Source of the DNA: Glaucostegus cemiculus | Taxonomy: Eukaryota | Assembly (NCBI GenBank): GCA_976551045.1 | Contig: CDPCPM010000029.1 | Coordinates: 33,418,001-33,482,000 of the forward strand | Direction of reading: 5' to 3' | Length of the DNA stretch: 64,000 nt | Part shown: piece by piece, positions 49,761 through 62,459 of the stretch | How positions within the stretch are numbered: the stretch's first letter is position 1 | Layout: each line of letters opens with the position of its first letter | Program-made: the position numbers and the translations under genes | The notes under the pieces: generated by a model | What the model was told of the DNA's origin: nothing | Database searches by the model: none | What the model saw: the letters and a program-made list of their open reading frames with translations, nothing else

Positions 49761-51752
49761 AAGAATGGAAAGCAGGAGAAGCAGCCTAGTGTCCTTCTTG
49801 GGGGGAATTCAGGATGGGCAATAAACGCTAGTTTAGCCAGTAATTGCTGGATCGTGAAAATTAATACCAAAAATGTTTTTTTTACATCAAAAAACTCTTG
49901 AAACACGTTATTGTCTCTTCACTGCTCCATCTAGGTTATCGTGATTACTGTATGAGTTTTTTGGATAAACATTTCTTATGTCAAGAGCAGGTAGTTTTGA
50001 ACCATAGCATGCACTTTCTGGGTACTATTCTAGTTCCAAAATGGTGTCGGGTGAAGTGTGGACTTTTGTGGAGTGAACCACGGCAGGTAAAAGTGCTGCC
50101 AAACACATAGGTAGCATACTCCAAAATTACAATACCATTGGATAAGCAGTGTTGATTTGACCATATGCTATAACATTGGAATTCAGTACTGCAGCTAAAA
50201 CCCCCGTGTGAAACACATATGGATGAACCAATATTAAGCAGCAGCGAGGAAACCGCTGTCAGCACCGACAGTTTTTAAAGGGACAATCAATGTTTTCATG
50301 TTGATCCTTAACTGATTTCTATTAGTTAATGTTCTGATTGAACAAATAGTTGGTGCTTCCTTTTCTTTAAAAGAGGCTTGACCTGACTGGGAGTCATTTT
50401 GAATCTCTGTCCACAAGTATAGAGCATTCTGTGCAATTTTAATATATTTTTTTAATTATTTGAATCCATTTAAATCCAACTTTTTAAATATTTCTGAGAA
50501 ATGAGTTTGATTTGACCACAGAAAGTAACTGCAGCAATGGGAATAGTACAGGGGGCAAGCATGAGGAGATCAAATACAATCCTGCCCGATATATTGTTTC
50601 ATTCCAACCAAAAGAAGCTGTTTACTAGTGCAAAGCAGACTACAGTTAAAATGCTTAATGCTGAATGTTTTGACTATAAGTAACACCTATAATGTACACA
50701 ACATCTTTTCAAATAAAGAAAAGTAGTTTTGTGAAGTGGGGTTGAAATTTATGGTTACTTTCTGTAACACTATACTTAAGCATATTAAGAAAAAGTATTT
50801 AGTCTTTTTTTTAAACTTCATTTTACCCCAGGTGTGGCCAAAATGGAATTAACCTCAATGATTTCAGGTGAGGTACAACATTAAATTTCATAGCCCCAGC
50901 ATGAAATAATGGTTTGCGCATATAGACATTTTGCACCATAACATTCCTTTTCTTGTAAAATAGCATAACCCCTGACTGTGAGCAACACATGAGATACACC
51001 ATTACATCATTACTGTGAACATTTATGGTAAATATTATTGAACTATTTACGTTTCAAATTGTGTTGTAGACATATTATTGGTCTTCTGCTACCAGGAAAC
51101 TCCAGTTGTAGCAGAAAAGGTCCCAGTATAAAATTACTGTTCTATATAAATGGTTCAATAAAATGTGACATTTTGCTTGCTTATACAAAAAAATTGGACA
51201 CCATTTATAAATGCATTATTATGCAACAATAATGGGAAATATTAAGATACCATGTATTCATAGAAAGACATAAATAAACATTCAACTGTAACACTTACGC
51301 ATTGTCAGATTTGTTGGCAGAGAATTTGTTTTGAATGTGGATAGTGAGTTCAAATGATGCTCTACACATTCATATAGTCCAAGCTGTCATATTGCTGAAA
51401 GTTTTCAATGTCAGGTATGTTTCCTAAAGGCAAGGTATTGGGCACAATTGCACTGATGACCAGTCAACAGTTCAGTGGAGAAGTGTCAGTGAATTGCAGT
51501 GAGTTCTGCAGGTTCTGGAATTCAGCATTTGCGTACAGCAGCATGGAAACATGGAACAAGTCAGAAGACAATCAAGATGACTACCTGTTCTGCTGCTGGA
51601 CTCATCACTGGGTCCAGCAATGGTTCCTTAACATATGGAGCTGAGGAGCCACATACACTTTGTACCTGACTTCTTAGTTTTACTCTAAGGCGTCATACCT
51701 ATCCCAATCCCATTCGCTTGAATGGGGTTGCCGAGCTTCACTAAATAGGTGA

Positions 51753-52951
51753 CTGAAGCTGCTAGGGGAACTCAGCAGGTCAGGCAGTGACTGTGGAGGC
51801 AAAGAGATAGTCAACATTTTGGGTCGTGACTCCACATTAACACCAAGAGTGTAAGGGTAAGGTAGCCAGTATAAAGAGGTGAAGGGAAGGGGTGGATCTA
51901 GGTGACGAAGGGTTGCTGGGCAAATGGACCCAGCTGGTGGAGTAAGGGTGAAAATAGTGACAGAGGCTGAGAGGTGATGTGGAGACATAAAGGACTGCAG
52001 ATGATAGAATTTGATAAGAAAGGAAGGTGCTGACTGGAACCAGATAAGGGAAGGATGGTGGGCAGATGGGGATATTTGGGTGAGGGGTAGGAGACCCAGT
52101 GGGTTGAATGGTGGAGTGTGTAGGTGATAGGCAGATGGAACCAAGTGGGGGAAGTGAAAGAAACTGGGAAACATGGAGCTGGGGTGGGGGGAGAAGGGGG
52201 TTGGAAAAAGGAAGGTGTATAAGAGGACCTGGGAGGATCAAAAGGAGAGAAAAAAGATATAAAGGGCTGCTGGTTTGAAAATTCAATGTTCATGCAGTTG
52301 GGTTGTAGGCCACCCAGGCGGAATATGAGGTGCTGTTTCCCTGGAAATGGAGGAGGCTGAGGATAGACAGGTCAATGTACAAATTGGGAGGGGAATTGAA
52401 ATGGCTTGCAACCAGAAGATCAAGGTGGTCACAGCTGACGGAGAGCAGGTGCTTGTTAAAGCCAACACCTGGTCTACACCTTGCTTCACTGCTGTAGAGG
52501 AGGCCACATTGATTACACCAAGTGCAGTAGACAAGGTTGGACAAGGTGCCTGTGAATTGTGGCCTCACCTAGAAGAACTGGTTCAGTCCCTGGATGGTGG
52601 TGGGGGAGGTGGTGTAGGAACAGGTGTTGCACCTCTTACGGTTGCAGATGGAAAGTGCCTGGGGATGGGGAGGGATGAGCAAACCAGGGAGTCACTGAGA
52701 GAGTGGTCCCTGTGGAAAACAGAAAGGGGTGGGGAGGGGAAGATGTGACTGGTGGTGGGATTGTGTTTCATCTGGTGGAAATAACAAAGAACAATGTGGT
52801 GGAGGCAGAGGCTGGAAGGGTGAAAGGTGATGATCAAGGGAACTATCTCTGCTCTGTCTGGAGGGGAGGCAGGGTGAGAGCAGAGTGGAGGAGATGTGGC
52901 TGGGGGAGCCATCAACCACAGTCGAGGGAAGTCACATTTCCTGAAAAAGGA
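51753..52951 (-). mobile_element. Penelope-like element: RT C-terminus, linker, GIY-YIG endonuclease and pLTR end
   Basis: SFFRKCDF.., VPLIITFHPSS, IFPSPPLSVFHRDHSLSDSLVCS, FTGTLSNLVYCTWCNQCGLLYSSE..FNKHLLSV..VASHFNS (VY..YIG motif with CCHH), MNIEFSN. Confidence 0.88.
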
Positions 52952-52955
52952 TGGA

Positions 52956-53608
52956 TTTCAGTTGCAAGCTATTTCAACTCCCCTCCCTTTTCCCACACCA
53001 ACCTATCTGTCCTCGGCCTCCTCCACTGCCAAGGTGAGGCCAAATGCACACTAGAGGAGCAGCATCTCATAGTCTACCTGGGGAGACTACTGCCCAAAGG
53101 CATGAACATTGAATCCTCCAATATCAAGCAACCTGCAACCCCTCTGTTCCTTTCTCTCTCTTTCTAATCCACCCAGGTCTTCTCACATACCATTCTTTCC
53201 AAAGCCACACCCCCAGCCCACTATTTCCCAGTTTCTTTCCCCTGCCCCACCTGGTTCCATTTGCCTATCACCCCCACACTCAACCCACAGGGTCCCCTAT
53301 CCCCTCTCCCTACCATTCCCATTTTCCTACCACCCCTCCTTTATCTGGTCACCTGCCACACCTGTGTCTATCTGCACATCAACCTCTCCTCCTCTGGATC
53401 CACCTATCACTTACCAGCTCTTGCCACACCCTTCCCACTAACCTTTATACTGGAATCTCCCCATTACACTCTCAGTCCTGATGCAGGGATTCCACCTGAA
53501 ATGTGGACTATACCTTTGCTTCCACATATGCTGCCTGATTGTCTGAGTTCCTCCAGCAGCTTTTTGTTTTGCTTTAGATTCCAACATCTGCAGTCTCTTG
53601 GGTCTCCA
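52956..53608 (+). mobile_element. Penelope-like 3' segment inverted relative to the adjacent copy
   Basis: VASYFNSPPFSHTNLSVLGLLHCQGEAKCTLEEQHLIVYLGRLLPKGMNIES; hammerhead remnant CAGTC-CTGATGC-AGG..CCT-GAAATGTG-GACT at 53473-53510; conserved end. Confidence 0.88.
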
Positions 53609-53664
53609 AGAGATTTTCTAAACTTTATTTTAATTAACATTAATGATTTAAGTTACTTCTTAAG

Positions 53665-53841
53665 TTATATTTAAGACACAGTTCAATAGATTTTTGCATA
53701 GTAGGGGAATTAAGAGTTATGAGGAAAAGGCAAGTAGGTGGATCTGAGTCCATGGCCAGATCAGCCATGATCTTATTGAATGGCAAAGCAGGTTGGATGG
53801 GCCGAATGGCCTACTCCTGCTCCTATTTCTTATGTTCTTAT
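53665..53841 (+). mobile_element. CR1 3' end
   Basis: AGATCAGCCATGATCTTATTGAATGG...GGGCCGAATGGCCTACTCCTGCTCCTATTTCTTATGTTCTTAT. Confidence 0.85.
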
Positions 53842-53857
53842 CTGTTAAATGTGTTTT

Positions 53858-54036
53858 NNNNNNNNNNNNNNNNNNNNNNNNNNNNNNNNNNNNNNNNNNN
53901 NNNNNNNNNNNNNNNNNNNNNNNNNNNNNNNNNNNNNNNNNNNNNNNNNNNNNNNNNNNNNNNNNNNNNNNNNNNNNNNNNNNNNNNNNNNNNNNNNNNN
54001 NNNNNNNNNNNNNNNNNNNNNNNNNNNNNNNNNNNN
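53858..54036. other. Assembly gap (N run)
   Basis: 179 consecutive N. Confidence 0.99.
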
Positions 54037-54040
54037 CTAA

Positions 54041-54158
54041 TTATCTATCCATCTACTTATTTATTTATTTATCTATCTATCTATTTAGTCACTTATTTAG
54101 TCATCCATTCATCCATTTATTTACTTGTTTGTTTGTTTGTTTGTTTATTTATTTATTG
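54041..54158. repeat. Compound tetranucleotide microsatellite (TATC/ATTT/GTTT)
   Basis: Directly visible next to the gap. Confidence 0.9.
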
Positions 54159-54217
54159 TTTTCATTGCTTTGCAATGTTTCTGATGATCAGCGATATTCA
54201 GAAACAATAGAAAACAT

Positions 54218-54625
54218 CTTTTCTCTTTGGAGAGAAGGAGGATGAGAAGTGTTTTGATGGAGGTGTACAAGATGATAAGAGGCATAGATCAAGTGGACAG
54301 TCAGAGACTTTTTCCCAGGGCGACAATGCTAACACAAGGGGACATAATTTTAAGGTGATTGGAGGAAGGTATAAGGGTGATGTCAGTAAGGTTTTTTACA
54401 CAGAGTGTGGTGGGTGCGTGAAATGTACTGCCAGCAGAAGTTGTGGGGGCAGGTATATTAGGGACATTTAAGAGACTCTTGGATAGACTCTGAGATGACA
54501 GAGAAATAAGAAGCTATGTGGGAGAGAAGGGTTAGATAGATCTTAAAGCAGGATAAAATGTCGGCACAACATTGTGGGCCGAAGGGCCTGTACTGTGCTG
54601 CAGTGTTCTATGTTCTATGTTCTAT
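54218..54625 (+). mobile_element. CR1 3' end
   Basis: TTTTCTCTTTGGAGAGAAGGAGGATGAG...GGGCCGAAGGGCCTGTACTGTGCTG...TTCTATGTTCTATGTTCTAT. Confidence 0.9.
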
Positions 54626-56849
54626 CTTTACTAGCACAAGCTATCAGATGACCTTTAGAGTGCAATTGGGTGAGGCCTTAGCGGCTTATCACTGTTCACG
54701 GCTCATGACTCGCTCCCACAATGTAGAAGTGGCGGAGCAAGTGGACCAGCTTTGGGAGCCATTCCACAAGTACTTTCCACAAATGGGAAACATAAGGTGT
54801 GGGGGAGACTCAGCTCCATCAGTCCCATTAGACCTCGTGCTTGAAAATGTAAAAAGTAAGAAAGCCACTGAGCTCTGATCTCTTGTTTTCCTAATAAATT
54901 GGCACCATGTTTCTCATCTGCCATGTAATGATCAAATTTTGAATAAATATTGACTACACAACATATATAAGTTCATCCTTCCACATCATTAATTACAGTA
55001 AGTCAGAATCTATATTGCTTCATTAGAACAGTAACATCACAAAAGAAGCATATAATGCATTATTCTTCAGGTGAAGTGCAGCCTTTGGTGCTTTTATATA
55101 ATGCATAGGACGTGATGTTCTTTTCCTTTTGATCAGACTTTCAAGTTAGCAGAGGCAGCCAGCTTTTGATGTGGTGAAACTCCTTAAATATCACATGTAG
55201 CTGCACTGCACTGTCTGAAGATCTGCACTGATCAGTCTGATGAATGGGTCAGTCTTGAATAGTCATTGCCTGTAACAGAAGAAAGGTAACGTGTTGCTCC
55301 GCTATTTTCAAATTGAGTAGATTTTTCATGTATTAGTAAATAGGAAAAAGAATAAAATCATGTTTTGCGCGACGAGATCCCAGTGCAATCATACGACAAA
55401 GCAGATTAATTTTGGTCTTCATTTCAATAGTAGGACCTATGTTAGTTAAAATTAATTATATTTAATGAATTTAAATGTATGGTGCAATTGAAGGTAATAT
55501 TTTATTGTTATGACATGTATGAGTGTAAAATAGGCAACTTAACTAAGGAAGCTGATTTGTCCTCTTAACAAGCAAGGTTCTGGGTCTGAGAGGCTTACTT
55601 TTCCCTGTTGCTGAATGCACCTACAGTATGGATTCTTTCATAGACTTGATTATGCAGACAAGCCGCCAGGTATAGTAAATATATCCCATATCCACTTTCA
55701 TCATTCCATTGTATTTGAAAACATTAATTTTCAGCAGTGAGGTGGAAGAGAACTGTTGAATGAACAGACGTCGTCACATCACACAAACGTCAAGCAAAAT
55801 TAATGCAATCAGAAACAATACAGTAATATGAGTATAGCTTCAGAACAAATGTCCGCATAACAAACCGTTGAAAGGTCTTTTTTTGTAGGGTTTTCTGAAA
55901 GCAAAGGAATTCTGGCTTTGTAGTGCTGAAGGAAATTCTGGTCCCACCCCACTATGGTTAATTCCCTCATGTAGAAGCCACATGATATAGCAGAAAATAT
56001 TGTTTGCCTAGTCTTCAGTGAAATGAGACTTTGTCCCCATGCCCAGTTATTAAACACTATGCCTGATACTACAATCCATGTAGAAGGTCAGTGTTGGTTA
56101 CCTTTTTATTTACACTTGACTCATGTGGTGAACAATCTGAGGTTTGTCGTCATCATCCAGGTCTATCTATTGTGATAGTGCTAACTACTTTTCATCTGTT
56201 ATTGACATTCAGCAGCTACTGATCAAGTTCATTTTTCTATTTTTGTCTCAGTTGGCTTTGTATCCAAGGACAATTTGGTTGCCACTGTGCCTATTAGGCC
56301 CCATTTATTTGCTATACATGACCCATTCCTCCCAGCTGCATTTTGTCCAATTTATTGATATTTTGTAATTATAAACTGCTGAGAAATGGCATCTTAAAAT
56401 GTTCTTTAATACCTGCTCAGTCCAGAAGACTTCATGCCCGATTATAAAATGTGTTAAGCTCTAGCCTCACAAATAATACTCACAGCTTGTGAATGAATTT
56501 TAAAAAGACAGTGCATTTCCTTTGTTTGTCATGAAGACATGAAATCACCCTTGTTATAAAACATGACAATTCTCCTATGAGAAATGTCTATTCATGATCT
56601 TAACAAAGTCTTACAGTATAATGTAAGATAAAAGGCCATTATAAGTGGCAGCAGTAAATTGTGCGAACTTTAAAGTGACTCTACATGTTGCATGAATAAC
56701 ATTAATGTATCCTGAACTATTCCCTCTCATAATTATTGAGTTCTCCTTATGTAATTAATTAATACCACAACTGAACTATTGAAACAGTATCTACACAGTA
56801 TTGATTTCCTAACTTGCTGTACAAAGTGCTAGTGTAAATATAATTTGAT

Positions 56850-57197
56850 TGAGTATTGGCCTGGACACCAGGGATTACTCTCCTGCTACTCTTCCCCAAA
56901 ATTGTTCCACAAGCAGTTCAGTGTTGCAGCTCGTGGTGCTGCTGCCTCATGGCACCAGCAATCCGGGTTCAATCCTGATGTTCAATACTGTCTAAGTGGA
57001 GTTTGCATGTTCTCCCTGTGACTGGATGGGTTTCCTCTGGGTGCTCTGGTTTCCTCCTACATCCCAAAGACCAGAAGATAGGACAACACTTCCTCTTGTG
57101 CTGAAATACCAGCCTTGATATTTCAAAACTACTTATAGAGTAGAAGTTGATCTACAGGTATTCTAATTAAAGATAGTTTAGGTTGAAAACTAACACT
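56850..57197 (-). mobile_element. Deu-domain SINE (SacSINE1/AmnSINE1-like) fossil split by a V-SINE
   Basis: TATTGGCCTGGACACCAGGGATTACTCTCCTGCT..CTT resembles the antisense Deu-domain as I recall it; the degraded head resumes after about 57075. Confidence 0.45.
56920..57072 (+). mobile_element. Older HE1-like V-SINE 5' part
   Basis: GCTGCTGCCTCA...GGGTTCAATCCTG...GTGGAGTTTGCATGTTCTCCCTGTGACTGGATGGGTTTCCTCTGGGTGCTCTGGTTTCCTCC. Confidence 0.8.
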
Positions 57198-58416
57198 GTA
57201 ATGTTCAATATTGTAAATCTATTATTTTTATTCTTAGTATTAACAGCTTTGGATTAATGGGAACTTAGTGACTAGACACAAGAGATGAAATGCTGAACCT
57301 TTTTATTTCTCTATGGCAACTAGTTGGCAATAGGGTCCTCATCTTATGAGGCACGTTAGGGTTAGGGTTGATACCAACATGGATTGTTTGGGGCAAATGT
57401 TTCTTTTCCTCTTAGTTTCTCAGTAAAACACCTTGAGATGTTCTGCGGTGTGGTAATTTTAAGATAAATGCAAGATTGTCCTTTCTTTCTTCGGTGATGA
57501 CACACGCTTTGATGTGTCTTGCAGTAAAGATGCCTGAATCTCTATGGCTTTATTATGTGCTGCTCCTCTTCTTCCATTGATAACAGTACAGATGGATGTG
57601 CTGTTGAAATTAAAAAATCTGTTCCTGAAAATCATGACTGTGTACAAGGAGCAAGCAGGTCTAAATATCTACTGGTAGCCTAACGCCGCGAAAAGTAAGT
57701 TCAGGTCTGAAGGCAAAAAGAAAACAAAAAAAAAAGAAATCTTTCCAAGCTGTAAAATCACTATTGTCTTCTGTGTCATCGTTCCATTTTTGAAGGGTCA
57801 TTTTTGTAATTGCCTTCACGTTGACAGTGAGGAAAACTGGAGCTCTGCCAGCATCAGATGGTTGAGACAGCTGCTGCATGTTAATCAGGGTCAATCAGCT
57901 GTACAAATCCAAAGAGCTGGTATCAACTATGCCCAGAGGTTCTCACTCTGAGTCCCATGGAAACTCAGATGATGAATTGCAGGAAGGGTAAAACAAAATG
58001 CGAGAAAACTTGTTGGATGTGTTTTAAATAAAAACAAATCATAGAAACAACTTCCACTTTCTCTCTTACACTAAATCGAATCCTGCACACTGATTTACTA
58101 TCAGGACATGATTCAGGAATTCACACTCATTGAAACACATGATCTCTTCAGATTGGTCAGAGGAAGGATTGGTATCAGTAAAAATGCCTGCGAAACCTTG
58201 ACTCATATTTTATGTCCTCACCCAACCAATACCTAAATAAAGCTTTGGTTTCCCATACAGAATTGCAACACCAATATTGAAGGTGACGTTTCCAAGATAA
58301 AATAATGACTGAGGAAGCAATACTATCCCTAGCAACTAAGGGTTAATACTTGAGCTACTTGCTATTTACTTACATTATTTGCAAAACTTGATCCAAGCTT
58401 TGCAAATAGATACATA

Positions 58417-58485
58417 GATCATAGAACACCACAGCACAGTACAGGCCCTTTGGCCCACAATGTTGTGCTGACCCACAATGTTGTA
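58417..58485 (-). mobile_element. CR1 extreme 3' end with a short internal duplication
   Basis: CATAGAACACCACAGCACAGTACAGGCCCTTTGGCCCACAATGTTGTGCTGA-CCCACAATGTTGT. Confidence 0.75.
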
Positions 58486-60384
58486 TAAGAGATTTCATCC
58501 ATGTTTCATGGATGATGAAGAATTTTCTTCCAAGCCCATGTTTTATAACCATAGGGACAAGATTCACATTAGATGATGGGCCAAAGTTGTCAACATTAGC
58601 ACCACTAAATGCTTTTCCTGAAACAAAACAAAATATGAGAGGTGTAGAACAGCTGCCTTTCTGGATGTGTGTGTTATACTCTCACATAAATTCAAAATTA
58701 CACTGAATGCAGCAGAATTCTACACTCGCCTGATAATCTGTACCACCGAGCTAGAAGAAGCTATTCTATGAACCTTTGGTTTACACTAAAGAATAGTGCA
58801 AAAATTGTCAGACGTGTTCTAGAAATTAGATGAAAGCACCATGGCTACTCACAAAGACAGAGGTAGAGAACAATATTGTTAGACTGTGATAGGGTCAAAT
58901 TCCAACTGCACTTCAGTAACATATACCTTTATTGTGAGAAGTGAGAAGTGCTGTGAAGAATATTACGGTGCCTCGGCAGAGGGTCAAGAGGGGAACTCAG
59001 ATAAACTGAATAACAGAAGTGATTTGAAACCGCATTAAGAAGAATGGATTGCTAAGGTAGCTTTGAAAATCCTGAAAGTAAAAAGATAGCTTCAGTAAAA
59101 GTGACAATGAAAGCATGATATTTTTGTAAAAACATCACCGAATCACCATCTAGGAATGGAAACCTGCCATTCTTACAGTATTTTATAATACTTATAAAAA
59201 TGTTAGATAGAAGAAAATAGAAATGTGGAGTACTTTTAAATGATAAGAAGCTGAATGGTATTGGTGCTCAGAAGAATTGGGATGTCCTTCCACATGAATC
59301 ACATGCAAGTACAGCAAATAAAGGCAAATAGGATGTTGGTCTTTATTGCAAAAGACATAAAAGAATTGGGGTACTAGAGTAAGATTGCCTTACTACAATT
59401 ATTTAGAGCCCTGGTGGGACTGCGTTCAGAATTTTGTGTGCAGGTCTTGTCATAACTTCATAACTCTAACTTCTCATGCTAAATAGCAACGAGAGGAATC
59501 AACACCACAATTTTCCTATTGCTTTTCAATCTTCCTGAAAACATTGTCTCAGAAATTCGCATGATATCTCAAATGTTGCCAAAATGAAGTATTGTACAAT
59601 TTTAATGTTATCTCTTTGCTTTTGCATTCTGTGTCTTTAATACACACCACTCATCGCACAGTAACCTAGGAAAGCAAGTCCCTATCCATTGTAAAACTCA
59701 CAATTTTTACCCCATTCAAAACATTTGATGATCTCCTCTGAAAGAAACTGGAAACGTGTAAGCTGACCTGCTGAGTATTTCCAGCACTTTTTGTTTTTAT
59801 TTTGGATATCTGCAGTTTGTTACTTTGTGGGTTTAATTACTATTGTTTAGTAAGTGGAAGAGAAGATTGCCATTTCTAATGTTCCTATACCCCAAACGAA
59901 TTATTGTCTCAAAGAGTGAAGTCATTTGCCAACTGATGGGTATCACACCCCCTGAACTATTTCATTACCTTATCACTTGAAATTAAAATTATCCATTGCA
60001 TGTCAATATGCATGAAATATATGTAGCTGACAGATATATGCATGCAATGAAAACAGCAGTCATAATATGAAACTTTGTGATGGGGTTAAACAGAAGCAAT
60101 GGAATTTTAAATAGAATTGCTGAACTAAGAGTGGACCGATGTATTGATTGACTTAGCCTGTGCTCTCCCACTTTAATCAGTCAGCTCAGCCTTAGTTTTC
60201 TGAACAATCCCACACCTGCCCTATTGTTTGAATCAATTAGAAGGTTAAAATAATTTACATTTTCCTGCATGTGGCATATTCCAAAACAATTAAGAGTATA
60301 GTAACAGCAAAAACAACTTTCACATATCCCACACCCAGAAAGGAATAATTTTTAAATAACCTTGTGGTAAATTTGGAGTAAATA

Positions 60385-60740
60385 TGGTGTAATATCTTTC
60401 TGGGACCAACAATCCAGAGGCAGAGAATGAAGATTGTGGTTCAAATCTTCTGTTGCTAGCTGGAGAATTTAAATTCAATTAATTATACATGATGGAATTA
60501 AAAGTTAGTTACATAATGAGACAAGAAAATTATGATTCTTGTTTACTGTCAGCTATCATGCTCCCTAGTCTGGCCCATGGTCTGAGCAGTGGCATTTTAT
60601 CTGCCCTATGTCTAAGAGAGCTAGCCAGTTGTACAAAACCATGAAAATGTTGTATATAGTTGTTCAACAGTGTGACCGATCATCTTCTCATGGACAATAA
60701 GCATTTACCAATAATTGCTGGCCTTGCCTGTGATGCCCAG
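60385..60740 (+). mobile_element. Old tRNA-derived SINE with an L2-type tail
   Basis: AATCCAGAGG..GGTTCAAATC (box B)..GAATTTAAATTCAAT...CAATAATTGCTGGCCTTGCC. Related pieces are at 49790-49870 and 59088-59177. Confidence 0.45.
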
Positions 60741-61728
60741 GGAAACAATTATCACACAAAATGGGAGCCAGTGGGATAAGCTCTTTATTCTCAATATTGC
60801 ACTCTGTTACAGGCTTCAGCTGCATTCTATGTGTTACAATGAAATAATCTCACGTTTTATGGTCATGTGGAATAAAAGCTCCTCAAAGCCGGTTTTCTGA
60901 CTTCAACAACTTTATGAGTAATTTTATCAGATTATTTTGTTTTCTTATTATTTTATATTTCAGTTTAAACCATGATTGTTATAAACCCATGCACACATAG
61001 CCTTAAAAGGCTCAGTTTCAAATTTTGCATTTCGTCCTGGGAGATTCTACTATACCAAAGGACCTTCACATGTGCTGACACTTCTCAACCTTCACTGAGA
61101 CATAGTTCAATTTAAACACTGGGAAATTTTGCAACCCCAAATGATGCTGTCAACATGTCATAAACAAGTGTAACAATACCTGTTTATGGCCTTCATATTC
61201 TTCATTTAAAACATTTCATTATTTATTATTTTCTTACTTTAAGGACTGTGAAAGGAGTTTCTGAATATTTTCAGGGCAGATGTACATAGATTCTTGATAA
61301 GCAAACGGGTGAAAAGTTACCATGAGTTGTTGGGAACAGGGTGCTGAAAGTAATTTAAATGTATCACAACCTTGCTAAATGGCAAAGCAGGCTCAAGGGA
61401 TCAAGTGGACTAATTTTTCTGTGTGTTTGTATTTTAATTTATTCCAGATTTATAAAATGTATTGAAATCAATGTCTAAAATAGTTATTAAATGCAATTTT
61501 AGAAGTTTTATTTGTTTGAACTGTGAAGTATACTTACTATGGTAAAATGTCATTAAAAACCTTAAACAGTAATGTAAACATTGATGTGGAATTACTATAT
61601 ACTGCATGGAAGTTATACATGAAAGTAGACTTTTGTTACTGTTCACTGTTATTTTTTGTTGCAATTATTAATTATGATTGGCTTGCACTGACAATAAAAC
61701 AAGTGCTAGTAAACTTGTGTATGATATT

Positions 61729-62455
61729 TGGCAAGGTACTTGGCAGTGTAGAGGAGCAGAGGGATCTGGGGGTTCATATCCACCGTTCACTCAAAGTTGC
61801 CTCTCAGGTGGATAGGGCAGTTAAGAAGGCTTATGGGATGTTAGCTTTTATAAATCGTGGGATTGAGTTCAAGAGCAGAGAGGTGATGATGCTGCTTTAC
61901 AAAACTCTAGTTAGGCCGCATTTAGAATATTGTGTTCAGTTCTGGTCACCGCATTATAGGAAGAATGTGGAGGCATTGGAGAGGGTGCAGAGGCAATTTA
62001 CCAGGATGATGCCTGGATTAGGGGGTATGGAATATGAGGAGAGGCTTAAGGTGCTAGGGCTCTACTCGTTGGAGAGGAGGAGGATGAGAGGGGACTTGAT
62101 AGAGGTGTATAAGATATTGAGAGGAATATATAGAGTTGATAGCCAGCGCCTCTTTCCCAGAGCACGAGTGCTCAAGACGAGAGGGCATGGCTTTAAGATA
62201 TTGGGTGGAAAATTCAGGGGAGATGTCAGAGGGAAGTTTTTCACCCAGAGTGGTTGGTGCATGGAATGCGCTGCCTGGGGTGGTAGCAGAGGCAGATACG
62301 TTGGACAGGTTCAAGAGATTGTTAGATAGGCACATGGAAGAATGTGGAATAGTAGGATATGTGGGAGGAAAGAGTTAGATTGTGAGACATTTGAAGGACG
62401 GCACAACTTGGTGGGCCGAAGGGCCTGTTTTGTGTTATATTGTTCTATTCTATTT
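61729..62455 (+). mobile_element. 5'-truncated CR1, same young subfamily as 4654-8529
   Basis: Nearly identical to 7800-8515 (GKVLGSVEEQRDLGVHIH...RPHLEYCVQFWSPHYRK). Confidence 0.96.
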
Positions 62456-62459
62456 ATGT

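Noticed and set aside
50258-50272. REST/RE1-like TCAGCACCGACAG
   Set aside because: Half-site spacing is wrong and the right half is incomplete relative to TTCAGCACCACGGACAG.
51680-52293. Pro/Ser/Leu-rich ORFs in three frames
   Set aside because: They come from the low-complexity pyrimidine-rich Penelope 3' tract, which has few stop codons.
53719-54245. ORFs spanning poly-X
   Set aside because: Artefacts of the N gap and the adjacent microsatellite.
57355-57369. TTAGGG repeat
   Set aside because: Only two units; not an interstitial telomere array.
61523-62329. 268-aa ORF that looks like a novel N-terminus fused to RT
   Set aside because: Chance read-through from AT-rich flank into a truncated CR1 starting at 61729; the N-terminal part has no recognisable features.
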